Shown here piece after piece: positions 51,148 through 59,886 of a DNA stretch of 64,000 nucleotides; position 1 is the first letter of the stretch, and each line of letters starts with the position of its first letter. A model generated the notes under the pieces. That model was not told where the DNA came from, ran no database searches, and saw only the letters and a list, made by a program, of their open reading frames with translations. Made by a program: the position numbers and the translations under genes. Origin of the DNA: Mycobacteriales bacterium (GTDB lineage: Bacteria; Actinomycetota; Actinomycetes; JAFAQI01); assembly GCA_035501255.1 (NCBI GenBank), contig DATJWM010000008.1, positions 1,488 to 65,487 of the forward strand, given 5' to 3'.

Positions 51148-51495
51148 TCAGCCCTCCGCTTGTCGCATGGCTTCTTTCACATAGTGGGCGAAGCGCTGCT
51201 GCGCGGCCTGCTTGCTGACACCGAGGGCCGTACCGATGGTCGCCCACGGCACCTCGTGCGCCCGACACTCGCCCACGATCGAGAGCAGCGCCCAGTCGAC
51301 CCGTTCGGCAATCGCGGCCAGATGTCCGAGCGCGGCGAGGAGCGCGGGTGGCTCGTCGGACACCGGATCCCCGGACTCCGCGACCGCGGTTCGCAGGCTG
51401 CGGATGACCGCCGCCAGTGCCCGGTCGGGGATCCGCTCACCGCCCAGCCAGCCGAGGTCGGCGTAGGAGGGGTACGGCCACGGGGAGTCTGTCAT
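51148..51495 (-). CDS. Small HTH DNA-binding protein (115 aa), divergent from the giant repeat-protein gene
   Basis: C-terminal HTH VPWATIGTALGVSKQAAQQRFAHYV. ATG 51495. Confidence 0.55.
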   Translation of the reverse strand: MTDSPWPYPSYADLGWLGGERIPDRALAAVIRSLRTAVAESGDPVSDEPPALLAALGHLAAIAERVDWALLSIVGECRAHEVPWATIGTALGVSKQAAQQRFAHYVKEAMRQAEG

Positions 51496-51559
51496 CGGTC
51501 ACCGGATCCAGGTCGGGTTGAGCCGGGCGAGTCGGTCCGAGCGTCCCCCGACACCCCGA

Positions 51560-51570
51560 TCTTGTCAAGA
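51560..51570. promoter_or_regulatory. 11-bp palindrome TCTTGtCAAGA overlapping a TTGACG -35-like hexamer in the divergent intergenic region
   Basis: Read directly. Located between the HTH gene (start 51495) and the giant gene (start 51662). Confidence 0.25.
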
Positions 51571-51661
51571 AAGGTTGACGAAATCGGCCGACCACCCCGC
51601 TACGCCAAACGGATGAAGGGAATGCGACCCCGGACGGTCAAGGCGGACCTGGATCAGGTCG

Positions 51662-54600
51662 ATGTTCGCGCTGATGGGGAGGTATTGGTTTCGGCGGGTA
51701 CGCGGCAACGAGTGGGGCCGCGTGGCTGCGGCTTGCCTCGCCGCTGCGCTGTTCACCGCCGGCGGGTTGACCAACGTCGACGGATCGGCATCCGCGGCAC
51801 CGGGCGATGCTTCGATTTCCAGCGCCCCGCCGGCTCGGACCGCGACCGATGGATCGACCACGACGACCCTCGACTGGACGATCTCCACCCCCGCCGTCGA
51901 GACCCAGTGCGAGCTCACCCGGGACGGTAATCCGATCGCGGCCTACCCGGCCGCGGACTGTTCGAGCGGCGATGTCAGCTTCGACGTCACGAGCTGGGGT
52001 GCCTACACCCTGACCGTGACGCCGACGGTGGGCAACGGCGCGACCTCATCCGTCAGTGTCGTACCGACCGCGGTCGAGCTCGACTCGGCGCCGACGAGTC
52101 CGGGCAACGACCGCACCCCGACGTGGACGTTCTCCGCCCTCGCCGCTGCGGACAGCGTCGAGTGCACCCTCACCGGTCCGGCCGGCTCGGTCGTCGACGA
52201 CCAGACGTCGTGCACCAGTCCATACACCGCACCCGACCTGTCCGGGGTGGCACCTGCCGACGGAGGCCCCGGCACCTACCACCTCGCCGTCGTCCAGACC
52301 GGCGACGGGCAGGCGTCGGACCCGCTGACGTCCGCCTACGCGTGGCAGCCCCCGGCGCCGACCGTGACCGCCGACGCGTCGCTGGGATACTCCCGCAGCC
52401 CGACGTTCACCGTGGGCAACCTCGACGGGGCCGCGACCACAACCTGCACGCTCGATCCACCCTCGGGTGGACCGGCGGTGTCGGTCGCCGCCTGTGGAGC
52501 GTCGACGAAACTCGATCTGACCGGCGGCGACGACGGTACGTACACGGTCCACGTCCGCCAGAGCGTCAACGGCGTCACCAGCGACCCCGCGAGCGCGACC
52601 TACACGTTGGACACCCATATCCCCAGTACGCCGACCGTGTCCGCGTCGTCGAGTTTCGGCACCGGCCCGCACGCGACCTTCATGGTCGGCAACATCGACC
52701 CGGACGCGCAGGCGGAGTGCACCGTGACCGGCCCGTCGGCGGTCCCCAACTCGGCCGTCACGTGCGCGAGCCCGCAGACGGCGGTCGACCTGTCCGGACT
52801 GGCCGCAGGAACCTACACGCTGTCCGTGGTCGAACGCGACACGGCCGGCCGGGACGGCCCGGCGGCTACGGCGACCTACGAATACCTGCCGACCGCGCCC
52901 CCCGCACCCGAGGTCACCCCCGCGACCCGGACCGACAACGTCCGGTCGCCGCAGCTGTCGGTCACCGACGCGGAGAACGCGACCCTGACCTACAGCTGCA
53001 CCGTCACCGGCCCGTCTCCCGTCGCCAACCCGGATTGCTCGAGTGGCTCCCCGACACTGGACCTGTCCGGGGCCGCAGACGGCACCTACACACTCCATGT
53101 CACCGCCACCGACAGCGCCGGTCAGACGAGCAGCGCGGGTACGGCGACCTACACCCTCGACACCTTCACTCCCGACCCGACCGTGACGCTCACCTCACCC
53201 GCGACGTCGCCGGGAAGCGTGACGGCGGTCACCTTCTTGATCGGCGACTCCGAATCCGGGGACACCTTGACCTGCACCTGGTCGGGTCCGGCGACCAACA
53301 CCTCAGGTCCATGCCCGCCCGGCGGCGGCTTTGTCGCGAGCGGCGGTTCGGGTGTCTACACGTTGACCGTGACCGCGAAGGACCAGGTCGGCAACACCAC
53401 CGATTCCGGCGGGAACCCCGCCCGCGTGACCGCCACCTATGTCCTCGACAACAGCACCCCCGCGCCGGTCGTCACGCTGACCAGCGCGTCGAGCCCCAAC
53501 TCACCGCCCGGAGCGGACGCGTCGAGCAGCCAAACTGCGTCGTACTCGATCGTCGACAGCGAGGCCACCTCCGGTCCTGACACGTTCGACTGCGTGTGGA
53601 CCGGCCCCGGGTCGACCACCGTCCACACTCCGGGTTGCAGCAGTGGTGCCGCGTTCACCGCTTCCGGCGGCGAGGGGTATTACCACCTCACGGTCACGGC
53701 GACCGACACGCTCGGCAACTCCGCCTCCACGTCGAAGACCTACCTGTTCGACGCGACGACTGGGGCGCCGGTGGTCTCCCTCAACGGACCGTGGACCGAA
53801 CCGCTCACGACGACGACACCCTCGTTCTCCTTCTCCGACCCGGCGGAGGTGCTCGATGGTCCCGACACCTACACCTGCGACCTGGTCGGTCCCGACCACG
53901 TGGATGCCGGCTTCTCGCCGTGCGCGAGTGGGCCGATCACCACGGCCGGCCATGGCGGTGACGGCGCATACACGCTGACCGTCGCGGCGATGGACGCGCT
54001 CGGCAACGTGGACACCTCCGGTGGAGTGCTCGCGACCACCAGCTACCCGTTCACCGTGGACACGACGACGCCGGACCCGACCGTCACCGTCAACACCGCG
54101 TTGTCATCGCACGGCACGGCGAACGTCGTGACTCCGTCGATCTCGATCTCGGACAGCGAGGCCGGCGACACCCTCACCTGCACGTGGACCGACCCGCACG
54201 GCACAACGGTCTTCTCGGGTGCGTGCCCGCAGCCGTGGACGATCGGCACCGATGGCATCGACGGCACGTACGTGTTGACCGTCGATGCGACGGACCAGGC
54301 CGGCAACACCACCGACCCGTCCGGACACCCTGCCAGCACGACCATCAGCTACACCTACGACGGCTCAACACCGAAGCCGGTCCTCAGCCTGACCACTCCG
54401 GTCTCCCCGCACGGGGTCGGGACGTCGAAGTCGCCGACCTTCTCGATCTCGGACTCGGAGACCACTGATCTGCCCGAGACGTTGACCTGCGGTTGGGTCG
54501 ATCCGCACGGCGTCGTCACGACCGCGCCCTGCCCGTCGGGCGGCACGTTCTCGGCGGGCGCCGGGGACGGCACGTACACGCTGATGGTGGACGCCTCCGA

Positions 54601-57600
54601 CTCGCTCGGAAACGCCACGGACCCGGCCGGCAACCCCGCGACGGCCATGGCGACCTACACGCTGGACGCCACGACCCCGGATCCCACCGTCACCCTCATC
54701 ACGCCCGTCTCGTCCGCCGGCACCGCGACGACAACCTCCCCGCAGTTCTCCATCATCGACAACGAGACGCTCGACGGTCCCGACACATTGGTGTGCACGT
54801 GGACCACGCCGGGTCCGATTGCGAGCGCGACGACGACACCGTGCCCGCCCAACGGCATCTTCGCTGCGACCAGCGGGGACGGCACGTACACCTTGACGGT
54901 GACCGCGACCGACGCGCTGGGCAACAGCACCGATCCCGCCGGCCACCCTGCATCCGCCAGTGCGACCTACACCCTGGACGCGACGACTCCCGACCCGGTC
55001 GTGAGCCTTCTCACGCCGCTCTCGCTCGCCGGTACGGCGAACAGCAAGGCGCCGGTCTTCGCGATCAGCGACGGCGAGAGCGCGGACGGGCCATCGACCC
55101 TGGGCTGTACCTGGACCGCGCCCGGCGGCTCAACCATCAGTGCGGGGACCTGCCCCGCCAACGGCACCTTCCCGGCCATGTCGGGAGACGGCACCTACAC
55201 GTTGACCGTCACCGCGACCGACGCGCTCGGCAATGTGCTGGACCCGCTCGGAAAGCTTGCGCAGACCACCGCGACGTACACGCTCGATGCCACGACGTTC
55301 GCCCCGGTCGTCACGTTGTTCAACCCGACAAGCTCTCCGGGCAACGTGAAGAAGCCGGCGTTCACCTTCACCGACGCCGAGACCGTTGATGTTCCGGAGA
55401 CCTTCAGCTGTACGTGGGTCGGACCGGACCACGTCACGATCAGCAGCGGCGCCTGCACCAGCGGTCAGACGTTCCCCACGAGTGGGCACGGTGACGGCGC
55501 GTACACGTTGACCGTGACCGCCAGCGACGCGCTCGGCAACGCCGTGGACGCCACCGGCAACCCGACGGTGACGGTGTTCACCTACCTGCGGGACACGACC
55601 ACGCCTGACCCCACGGTCACGCTCACGACCCAGGCCTCGCTGACGAGCCCAGCACCCCCGACGTCCACGGTGAAGAACCCGGTGTACTCGATCACCGACT
55701 CCGAAGCCGTCGACGGCCCGGACACGTTGACCTGCTCGTGGACCACACCCGGACCCAGTCCGGTCACGACGACCGGCGTGTGCCCGGCGAACGGCCGGTT
55801 CGCGGCCACCGCCGGCGACGGCACCTACACCTTGACCGTCACTGCTCAAGACGCGCTGGGCAACACGGTGGACGGCGCCGGAAACCCGGCCTCGACGACG
55901 GTCACCTACACCCTCGACACTGCCACGCCGAGCCCAACGGTGTCGCTCGCGAGCGGGACCTCGCCGTCGACCAACACCGACCCGGCGTTCACCATCACCG
56001 ACGCGGAGTCGGTCGATCCTCCCGAGACCTACCTGTGCGACTGGATCGGGCCCAATGGGATCGACTCCGGCGCCTCGCCCTGCACCAGCGGTGCGGACTT
56101 CCCAACCGCCGGTCACGGAGGCGACGGCGTGTACACGCTCACCGTCACCGCCACCGACGCGTTGGGCAACACGACCGACCCGGTCACCGGCCGGCCCGCG
56201 TCGACGACGGTCGCCTACACCCTCGACACCGCGACGCCCGTGCCGACCGTCGCCCTGACCGCCGGTGAGCACACGCCGTCGAACAACACCTCCCCGGCGT
56301 TCGCGTTCTCCTCGACGGATGCCTACGACGGGCCGGACACCTACGCCTGCGTCTGGGTCGGGCCCGACGGAGTGAACACCGGACCGGCCAGTTGCGCGAG
56401 TGGTGACCACTTCGCCACGGCAGGCCACGGCGGCGACGGTAGGTACGTTCTCACCGTCACGGCCACCGACAAGCTCGGGAACTCGGCGACTTCGGCGCCG
56501 TTCGTCTACAGCCTCGACACCTCGACGCCGGTACCGGTCGTTGCCCAAACGGCCCCGGTCGCCACGGTGGCGAACTCGCTGACACCGACCTTCTCCCTCA
56601 CCGACGCCGAGACTCAGGACGGTCCCGACACCTTCACCTGCAACTGGGTGGGACCGAGTGGCACCGCGGTGTCCAACGCCGCCTGCACCGACGGCGTGGT
56701 TCTGCCGGCCTCGGCCGGCGACGGGGTCTACACCCTCACTGTCACTGCGATCGACACGGTCGGGAACACCGCGTCAGCCGCACCGCTCACCTACACCCTC
56801 GACACCACGCCACCGCTACCACCGATCGTCACCCTCAACAGCGCGACCCGCTCCTCGATCGCGACGGGGTACTGGACCTGGCAGTACGCCTACGCAGACA
56901 CCGACTCGGCGGAGGAGACCGCCTCGTGCACGGTGACCGGTCCCGGCGGGTGGACGCAGACCGTGCCCGGCTGCGCGCATGAGCTCTCGGTCGTCCTCGG
57001 CGGTGGCGACGGCGCGTACGTGCTGACCGTGACGCTGACCGACGAGGCCGACAACTCGACCTCTTCGGTGGCACCGACCTACAACCTGGACTCCACCGCC
57101 CCGGCCGGACCGGTGGTCCGCAACCTGAACCCGAGAAGCGGTGAGGGCCGCACCCGCCATCCGAGCTGGACGATCGTGGTGCCCCCGGGCTCCGATGCGC
57201 TCTGCACGCTGATCCAGGGCGGGCGCAATGGCACCCGGCTGATCGTCGACGAACAGTGCCCGAAGCCGGCGCAGTTCAGCCTGGCCGGGCGACCGGACGG
57301 GCAGTACACGCTGCGAGTCGTCGCCTACGACAAGGTCGGCAACGTCAGCGCCCCTGCCTGGGGCTACTACCTGCTCGCGCCCGACGCCCCGAAGGTCCTG
57401 CCGCCGGCGGACGACTCCTCGCCTGCGGTCTGGACGGTGCGCGGCAACCCGACCGACAGCAACGTGTGCACACTCGAGCACGGCGGGAAAGTCGTCTCCG
57501 CCCCCCGCTCGTGCGGGAACAACCCGACGTATGACATGCGGTCCCTCCCGGACGGGACCTACACCCTGTCGGTGTACCAGGTGGGGGTCCAGGGGCTGCA

Positions 57601-58054
57601 AGGGCCTCCGGGGACGGCGAGCTGGCACTGGTCGGTGCGCGGATCCACGCAGCCACCGCCGAGAACCCAGGTCGGCCCGGGCGACCGCAAGCGTCGCCAC
57701 CCTGGCCCGACTCGGTCAGGGCAGCAGCAGACGATCGTTCCTCCGGTCCGAGGCCATCCGCACCTCAACGCCGGCGGTGACACCGGGCCGCCGCTCAACA
57801 TCCACCTGCCGCTCCAGACTCCGGACCGCATCAGCAAGGACGTGGTCCAAGCGGTCCGGGGGGTGGTCCACACGGTCGGCCGAGCGGGGGGTGGCACCGG
57901 ATTCCCGCTGCTCCTCCTCGGCCTGGTGATGCTCTTCCTGCTGGCGCAAAACCGGATCGACCGCAGGGACCCGAAACTTGCCTCCGCTTCGATTGCTGCC
58001 GATGACTTGGTGGAGTTCGAACCACCTCCGAGTCAGCGAGAGGACACCCCATGA
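51662..58054 (+). CDS. Giant secreted cell-surface protein (2130 aa) with ~20 tandem Ig-like repeats and a C-terminal membrane anchor (putative adhesin)
   Basis: Signal peptide with AxA site (SASAAPGD). About 20 units of ~100 aa each carry the motif C..W.GP...C..G..F....DGTYTLTVTATDALGN. C-terminal hydrophobic helix FPLLLLGLVMLFLLA plus RIDRRDPK. No LPXTG. Confidence 0.8.
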   Translation: MFALMGRYWFRRVRGNEWGRVAAACLAAALFTAGGLTNVDGSASAAPGDASISSAPPARTATDGSTTTTLDWTISTPAVETQCELTRDGNPIAAYPAADCSSGDVSFDVTSWGAYTLTVTPTVGNGATSSVSVVPTAVELDSAPTSPGNDRTPTWTFSALAAADSVECTLTGPAGSVVDDQTSCTSPYTAPDLSGVAPADGGPGTYHLAVVQTGDGQASDPLTSAYAWQPPAPTVTADASLGYSRSPTFTVGNLDGAATTTCTLDPPSGGPAVSVAACGASTKLDLTGGDDGTYTVHVRQSVNGVTSDPASATYTLDTHIPSTPTVSASSSFGTGPHATFMVGNIDPDAQAECTVTGPSAVPNSAVTCASPQTAVDLSGLAAGTYTLSVVERDTAGRDGPAATATYEYLPTAPPAPEVTPATRTDNVRSPQLSVTDAENATLTYSCTVTGPSPVANPDCSSGSPTLDLSGAADGTYTLHVTATDSAGQTSSAGTATYTLDTFTPDPTVTLTSPATSPGSVTAVTFLIGDSESGDTLTCTWSGPATNTSGPCPPGGGFVASGGSGVYTLTVTAKDQVGNTTDSGGNPARVTATYVLDNSTPAPVVTLTSASSPNSPPGADASSSQTASYSIVDSEATSGPDTFDCVWTGPGSTTVHTPGCSSGAAFTASGGEGYYHLTVTATDTLGNSASTSKTYLFDATTGAPVVSLNGPWTEPLTTTTPSFSFSDPAEVLDGPDTYTCDLVGPDHVDAGFSPCASGPITTAGHGGDGAYTLTVAAMDALGNVDTSGGVLATTSYPFTVDTTTPDPTVTVNTALSSHGTANVVTPSISISDSEAGDTLTCTWTDPHGTTVFSGACPQPWTIGTDGIDGTYVLTVDATDQAGNTTDPSGHPASTTISYTYDGSTPKPVLSLTTPVSPHGVGTSKSPTFSISDSETTDLPETLTCGWVDPHGVVTTAPCPSGGTFSAGAGDGTYTLMVDASDSLGNATDPAGNPATAMATYTLDATTPDPTVTLITPVSSAGTATTTSPQFSIIDNETLDGPDTLVCTWTTPGPIASATTTPCPPNGIFAATSGDGTYTLTVTATDALGNSTDPAGHPASASATYTLDATTPDPVVSLLTPLSLAGTANSKAPVFAISDGESADGPSTLGCTWTAPGGSTISAGTCPANGTFPAMSGDGTYTLTVTATDALGNVLDPLGKLAQTTATYTLDATTFAPVVTLFNPTSSPGNVKKPAFTFTDAETVDVPETFSCTWVGPDHVTISSGACTSGQTFPTSGHGDGAYTLTVTASDALGNAVDATGNPTVTVFTYLRDTTTPDPTVTLTTQASLTSPAPPTSTVKNPVYSITDSEAVDGPDTLTCSWTTPGPSPVTTTGVCPANGRFAATAGDGTYTLTVTAQDALGNTVDGAGNPASTTVTYTLDTATPSPTVSLASGTSPSTNTDPAFTITDAESVDPPETYLCDWIGPNGIDSGASPCTSGADFPTAGHGGDGVYTLTVTATDALGNTTDPVTGRPASTTVAYTLDTATPVPTVALTAGEHTPSNNTSPAFAFSSTDAYDGPDTYACVWVGPDGVNTGPASCASGDHFATAGHGGDGRYVLTVTATDKLGNSATSAPFVYSLDTSTPVPVVAQTAPVATVANSLTPTFSLTDAETQDGPDTFTCNWVGPSGTAVSNAACTDGVVLPASAGDGVYTLTVTAIDTVGNTASAAPLTYTLDTTPPLPPIVTLNSATRSSIATGYWTWQYAYADTDSAEETASCTVTGPGGWTQTVPGCAHELSVVLGGGDGAYVLTVTLTDEADNSTSSVAPTYNLDSTAPAGPVVRNLNPRSGEGRTRHPSWTIVVPPGSDALCTLIQGGRNGTRLIVDEQCPKPAQFSLAGRPDGQYTLRVVAYDKVGNVSAPAWGYYLLAPDAPKVLPPADDSSPAVWTVRGNPTDSNVCTLEHGGKVVSAPRSCGNNPTYDMRSLPDGTYTLSVYQVGVQGLQGPPGTASWHWSVRGSTQPPPRTQVGPGDRKRRHPGPTRSGQQQTIVPPVRGHPHLNAGGDTGPPLNIHLPLQTPDRISKDVVQAVRGVVHTVGRAGGGTGFPLLLLGLVMLFLLAQNRIDRRDPKLASASIAADDLVEFEPPPSQREDTP
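53130..56800 (+). repeat. Intragenic tandem ~300-bp DNA repeats encoding the Ig-like units
   Basis: Recurrent near-identical stretches, e.g. gacggcac(g/c)tacac(g/c)ttgaccgt(g/c)accgcgaccgacgcgct(g/c)ggcaa at ~54885 and ~55190. Confidence 0.6.
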
Positions 58055-59622
58055 CGGCCGCCGGGCAGCCGAGCAGCGACCTTGTGCCGCTGAGCGAACG
58101 CCTGCTCTACCTGCGGGTCATGCGGGCCGTCCTGGTCGCCCTGGTCGTCCTCGACGCGGCGCTGCTCCCACAGTTGCTGCGCACCTCGTTCCTCGTTGTC
58201 GCCTCGGTGTCGCTCGGGTACCTCCTCGTGTGCCTGGCGATCGAAGGCATTTGGCGGCTGATGCGACGGCCGGGGCTGTGGCTGTTCGGGGCACTTCTGA
58301 TGCTCGACGGCGTCTATCTCGCGGCCGCGACCTACACCTGCGGCGGCTCCGTTGGCCCGGTCCGCTATCTCGTGCTGGTCTACCTCTGCGCGGTCACCCT
58401 GCTCGGTTCGTACCGGACCGGCCTGAAGGTCGCGTTGTGGCAATCGTTGATGCAGATCAGCGTCTTCTACGCCCAGACCAGCGGGCTGCTGGCCAGCTTC
58501 GGCGGTGCTGCGGCCACCGCGACCGAGTGGTATCGGCTGGTCGCGTTCATCTTCGCGCTGTGGGCGTTGACGTTCACGACCGCGACCCTCGCCGCCGTCA
58601 ACGAGCGCGAGCTGCGGCGACGTCGCTATGAGTTCGAGCAACTGGCCCAGATGGGCCGGGACCTGGAAAACGCCGAAGACCCGCTGTCGGTCGGTGACGT
58701 CCTGCTCGGTGCCCTGGCCGACACGTTCGCCTTCCGCCGGATGGCCCTGTTCGAGGTGGGCGAGGACACCCCCCGCATGCTGACCTCGCGCGGGTTGCTC
58801 GACGCGGTGGTCGGAGACTTCCGGCTGGGGGACAAGTCGGTGCTGCGGGTGGTCAACGACTCGCGGGAGACCCTGCTCGTCTCCGAGGTCGATGAGGTCG
58901 CCGACCCGTGGCTCGCCGCGGTCATGCCCGCCGGGCGCAACCTTGCCGTCGTCCCGCTCGTCGCCGACGGCGTCGTCGGCGTTCTCGTGGTCGAGACCGG
59001 ACCGCGCCCGAAGGTCCGGATCGAACGCCGCGTCATCGCCACCATCGAGCGCTACGCCAGCCATGCCGCGCTCGCGATTCGCAACGCGAACCTGCTCGCC
59101 CGCGTGCAGCAGATGGCGGTCACGGACGGGTTGACCGAGCTGTCCAACCGTCGCGCCTTCGACCGATCGCTGGAGCGCGAGCTCGGTCGCGCGGCCCGCA
59201 CCGAGGGCCGGTTGTCGGTGGTCCTTCTCGACATCGACCACTTCAAGAATCTCAACGACAACCACGGTCACGTCGTCGGCGACAACGTGCTCCGGCAGAT
59301 CGCCAGGGCGCTCGCCCTGTGCGGGCGCGAGTACGACACGGTCGCGCGCTATGGAGGCGAGGAGTTTGCCGCCGTCCTGCCTGGCTGCTCGTCCGGACTG
59401 GCGATGCAAGTCGCCGAGCGACTGCGCGTGGCGGTCGAGGAAGCTCCCAGCGACGTCCACGTCACCGCGAGCTGTGGGGTGGCGACCTACCCCTACGACG
59501 GGATCGACGTCGACAGCCTGCTGAGCGCGGCCGACCGGGCGCTCTACGCCTCGAAGCGGGCCGGTCGCAACCAGGTGCGATCCGCCGAGCAGACCCGGCT
59601 GGACGCGGCCGCCACCGGCTGA
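58051..59622 (+). CDS. Membrane-bound GAF-GGDEF diguanylate cyclase
   Basis: ATG overlaps the giant-gene stop (ATGA). Domain order is ~190-aa polytopic N-terminus, a GAF-like domain, then GGDEF with intact GGEEF and I-site REYD (REYDTVARYGGEEF). Confidence 0.85.
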   Translation: MTAAGQPSSDLVPLSERLLYLRVMRAVLVALVVLDAALLPQLLRTSFLVVASVSLGYLLVCLAIEGIWRLMRRPGLWLFGALLMLDGVYLAAATYTCGGSVGPVRYLVLVYLCAVTLLGSYRTGLKVALWQSLMQISVFYAQTSGLLASFGGAAATATEWYRLVAFIFALWALTFTTATLAAVNERELRRRRYEFEQLAQMGRDLENAEDPLSVGDVLLGALADTFAFRRMALFEVGEDTPRMLTSRGLLDAVVGDFRLGDKSVLRVVNDSRETLLVSEVDEVADPWLAAVMPAGRNLAVVPLVADGVVGVLVVETGPRPKVRIERRVIATIERYASHAALAIRNANLLARVQQMAVTDGLTELSNRRAFDRSLERELGRAARTEGRLSVVLLDIDHFKNLNDNHGHVVGDNVLRQIARALALCGREYDTVARYGGEEFAAVLPGCSSGLAMQVAERLRVAVEEAPSDVHVTASCGVATYPYDGIDVDSLLSAADRALYASKRAGRNQVRSAEQTRLDAAATG

Positions 59623-59683
59623 GCGCCCAGGCGGGTCGCCCCTCTCCCAGACAGGTAGGACATACTGGGCAACTCGCACGAAT

Positions 59684-59714
59684 CGCTTCCGCCCCGGATC
59701 CCGGAGCGGAAGCG
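59684..59714 (+). terminator. Putative stem-loop (9-bp stem CGCTTCCGC/GCGGAAGCG, 13-nt loop) downstream of the DGC gene
   Basis: Perfect inverted repeat read directly. No U-tract. Confidence 0.2.
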
Positions 59715-59886
59715 CCGCGTGTGGGACCGTGCGCGAGAGGCCGCGAGGCCTCCCACGACGGCGGTTTCCCCGGAACTACGCCGCTGACGCTCGGACCGCG
59801 TCAAGCGGGCATCGCGCCCAGCCGATGGTGAATACGTGTCGACGGGAGAACTGACCTTCGTGGCAGGGAGGCCTGCGGGTTCGCGC

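Noticed and set aside
58009-58026. tRNA T-arm-like near-palindrome GGTGGAGTTCGAACCACC at the giant-gene/DGC junction.
   Set aside because: It lies inside the coding sequence (…LVEFEPPPS). It has only a 5-bp stem with internal mismatches. No acceptor or anticodon arms flank it, so it is not a tRNA.
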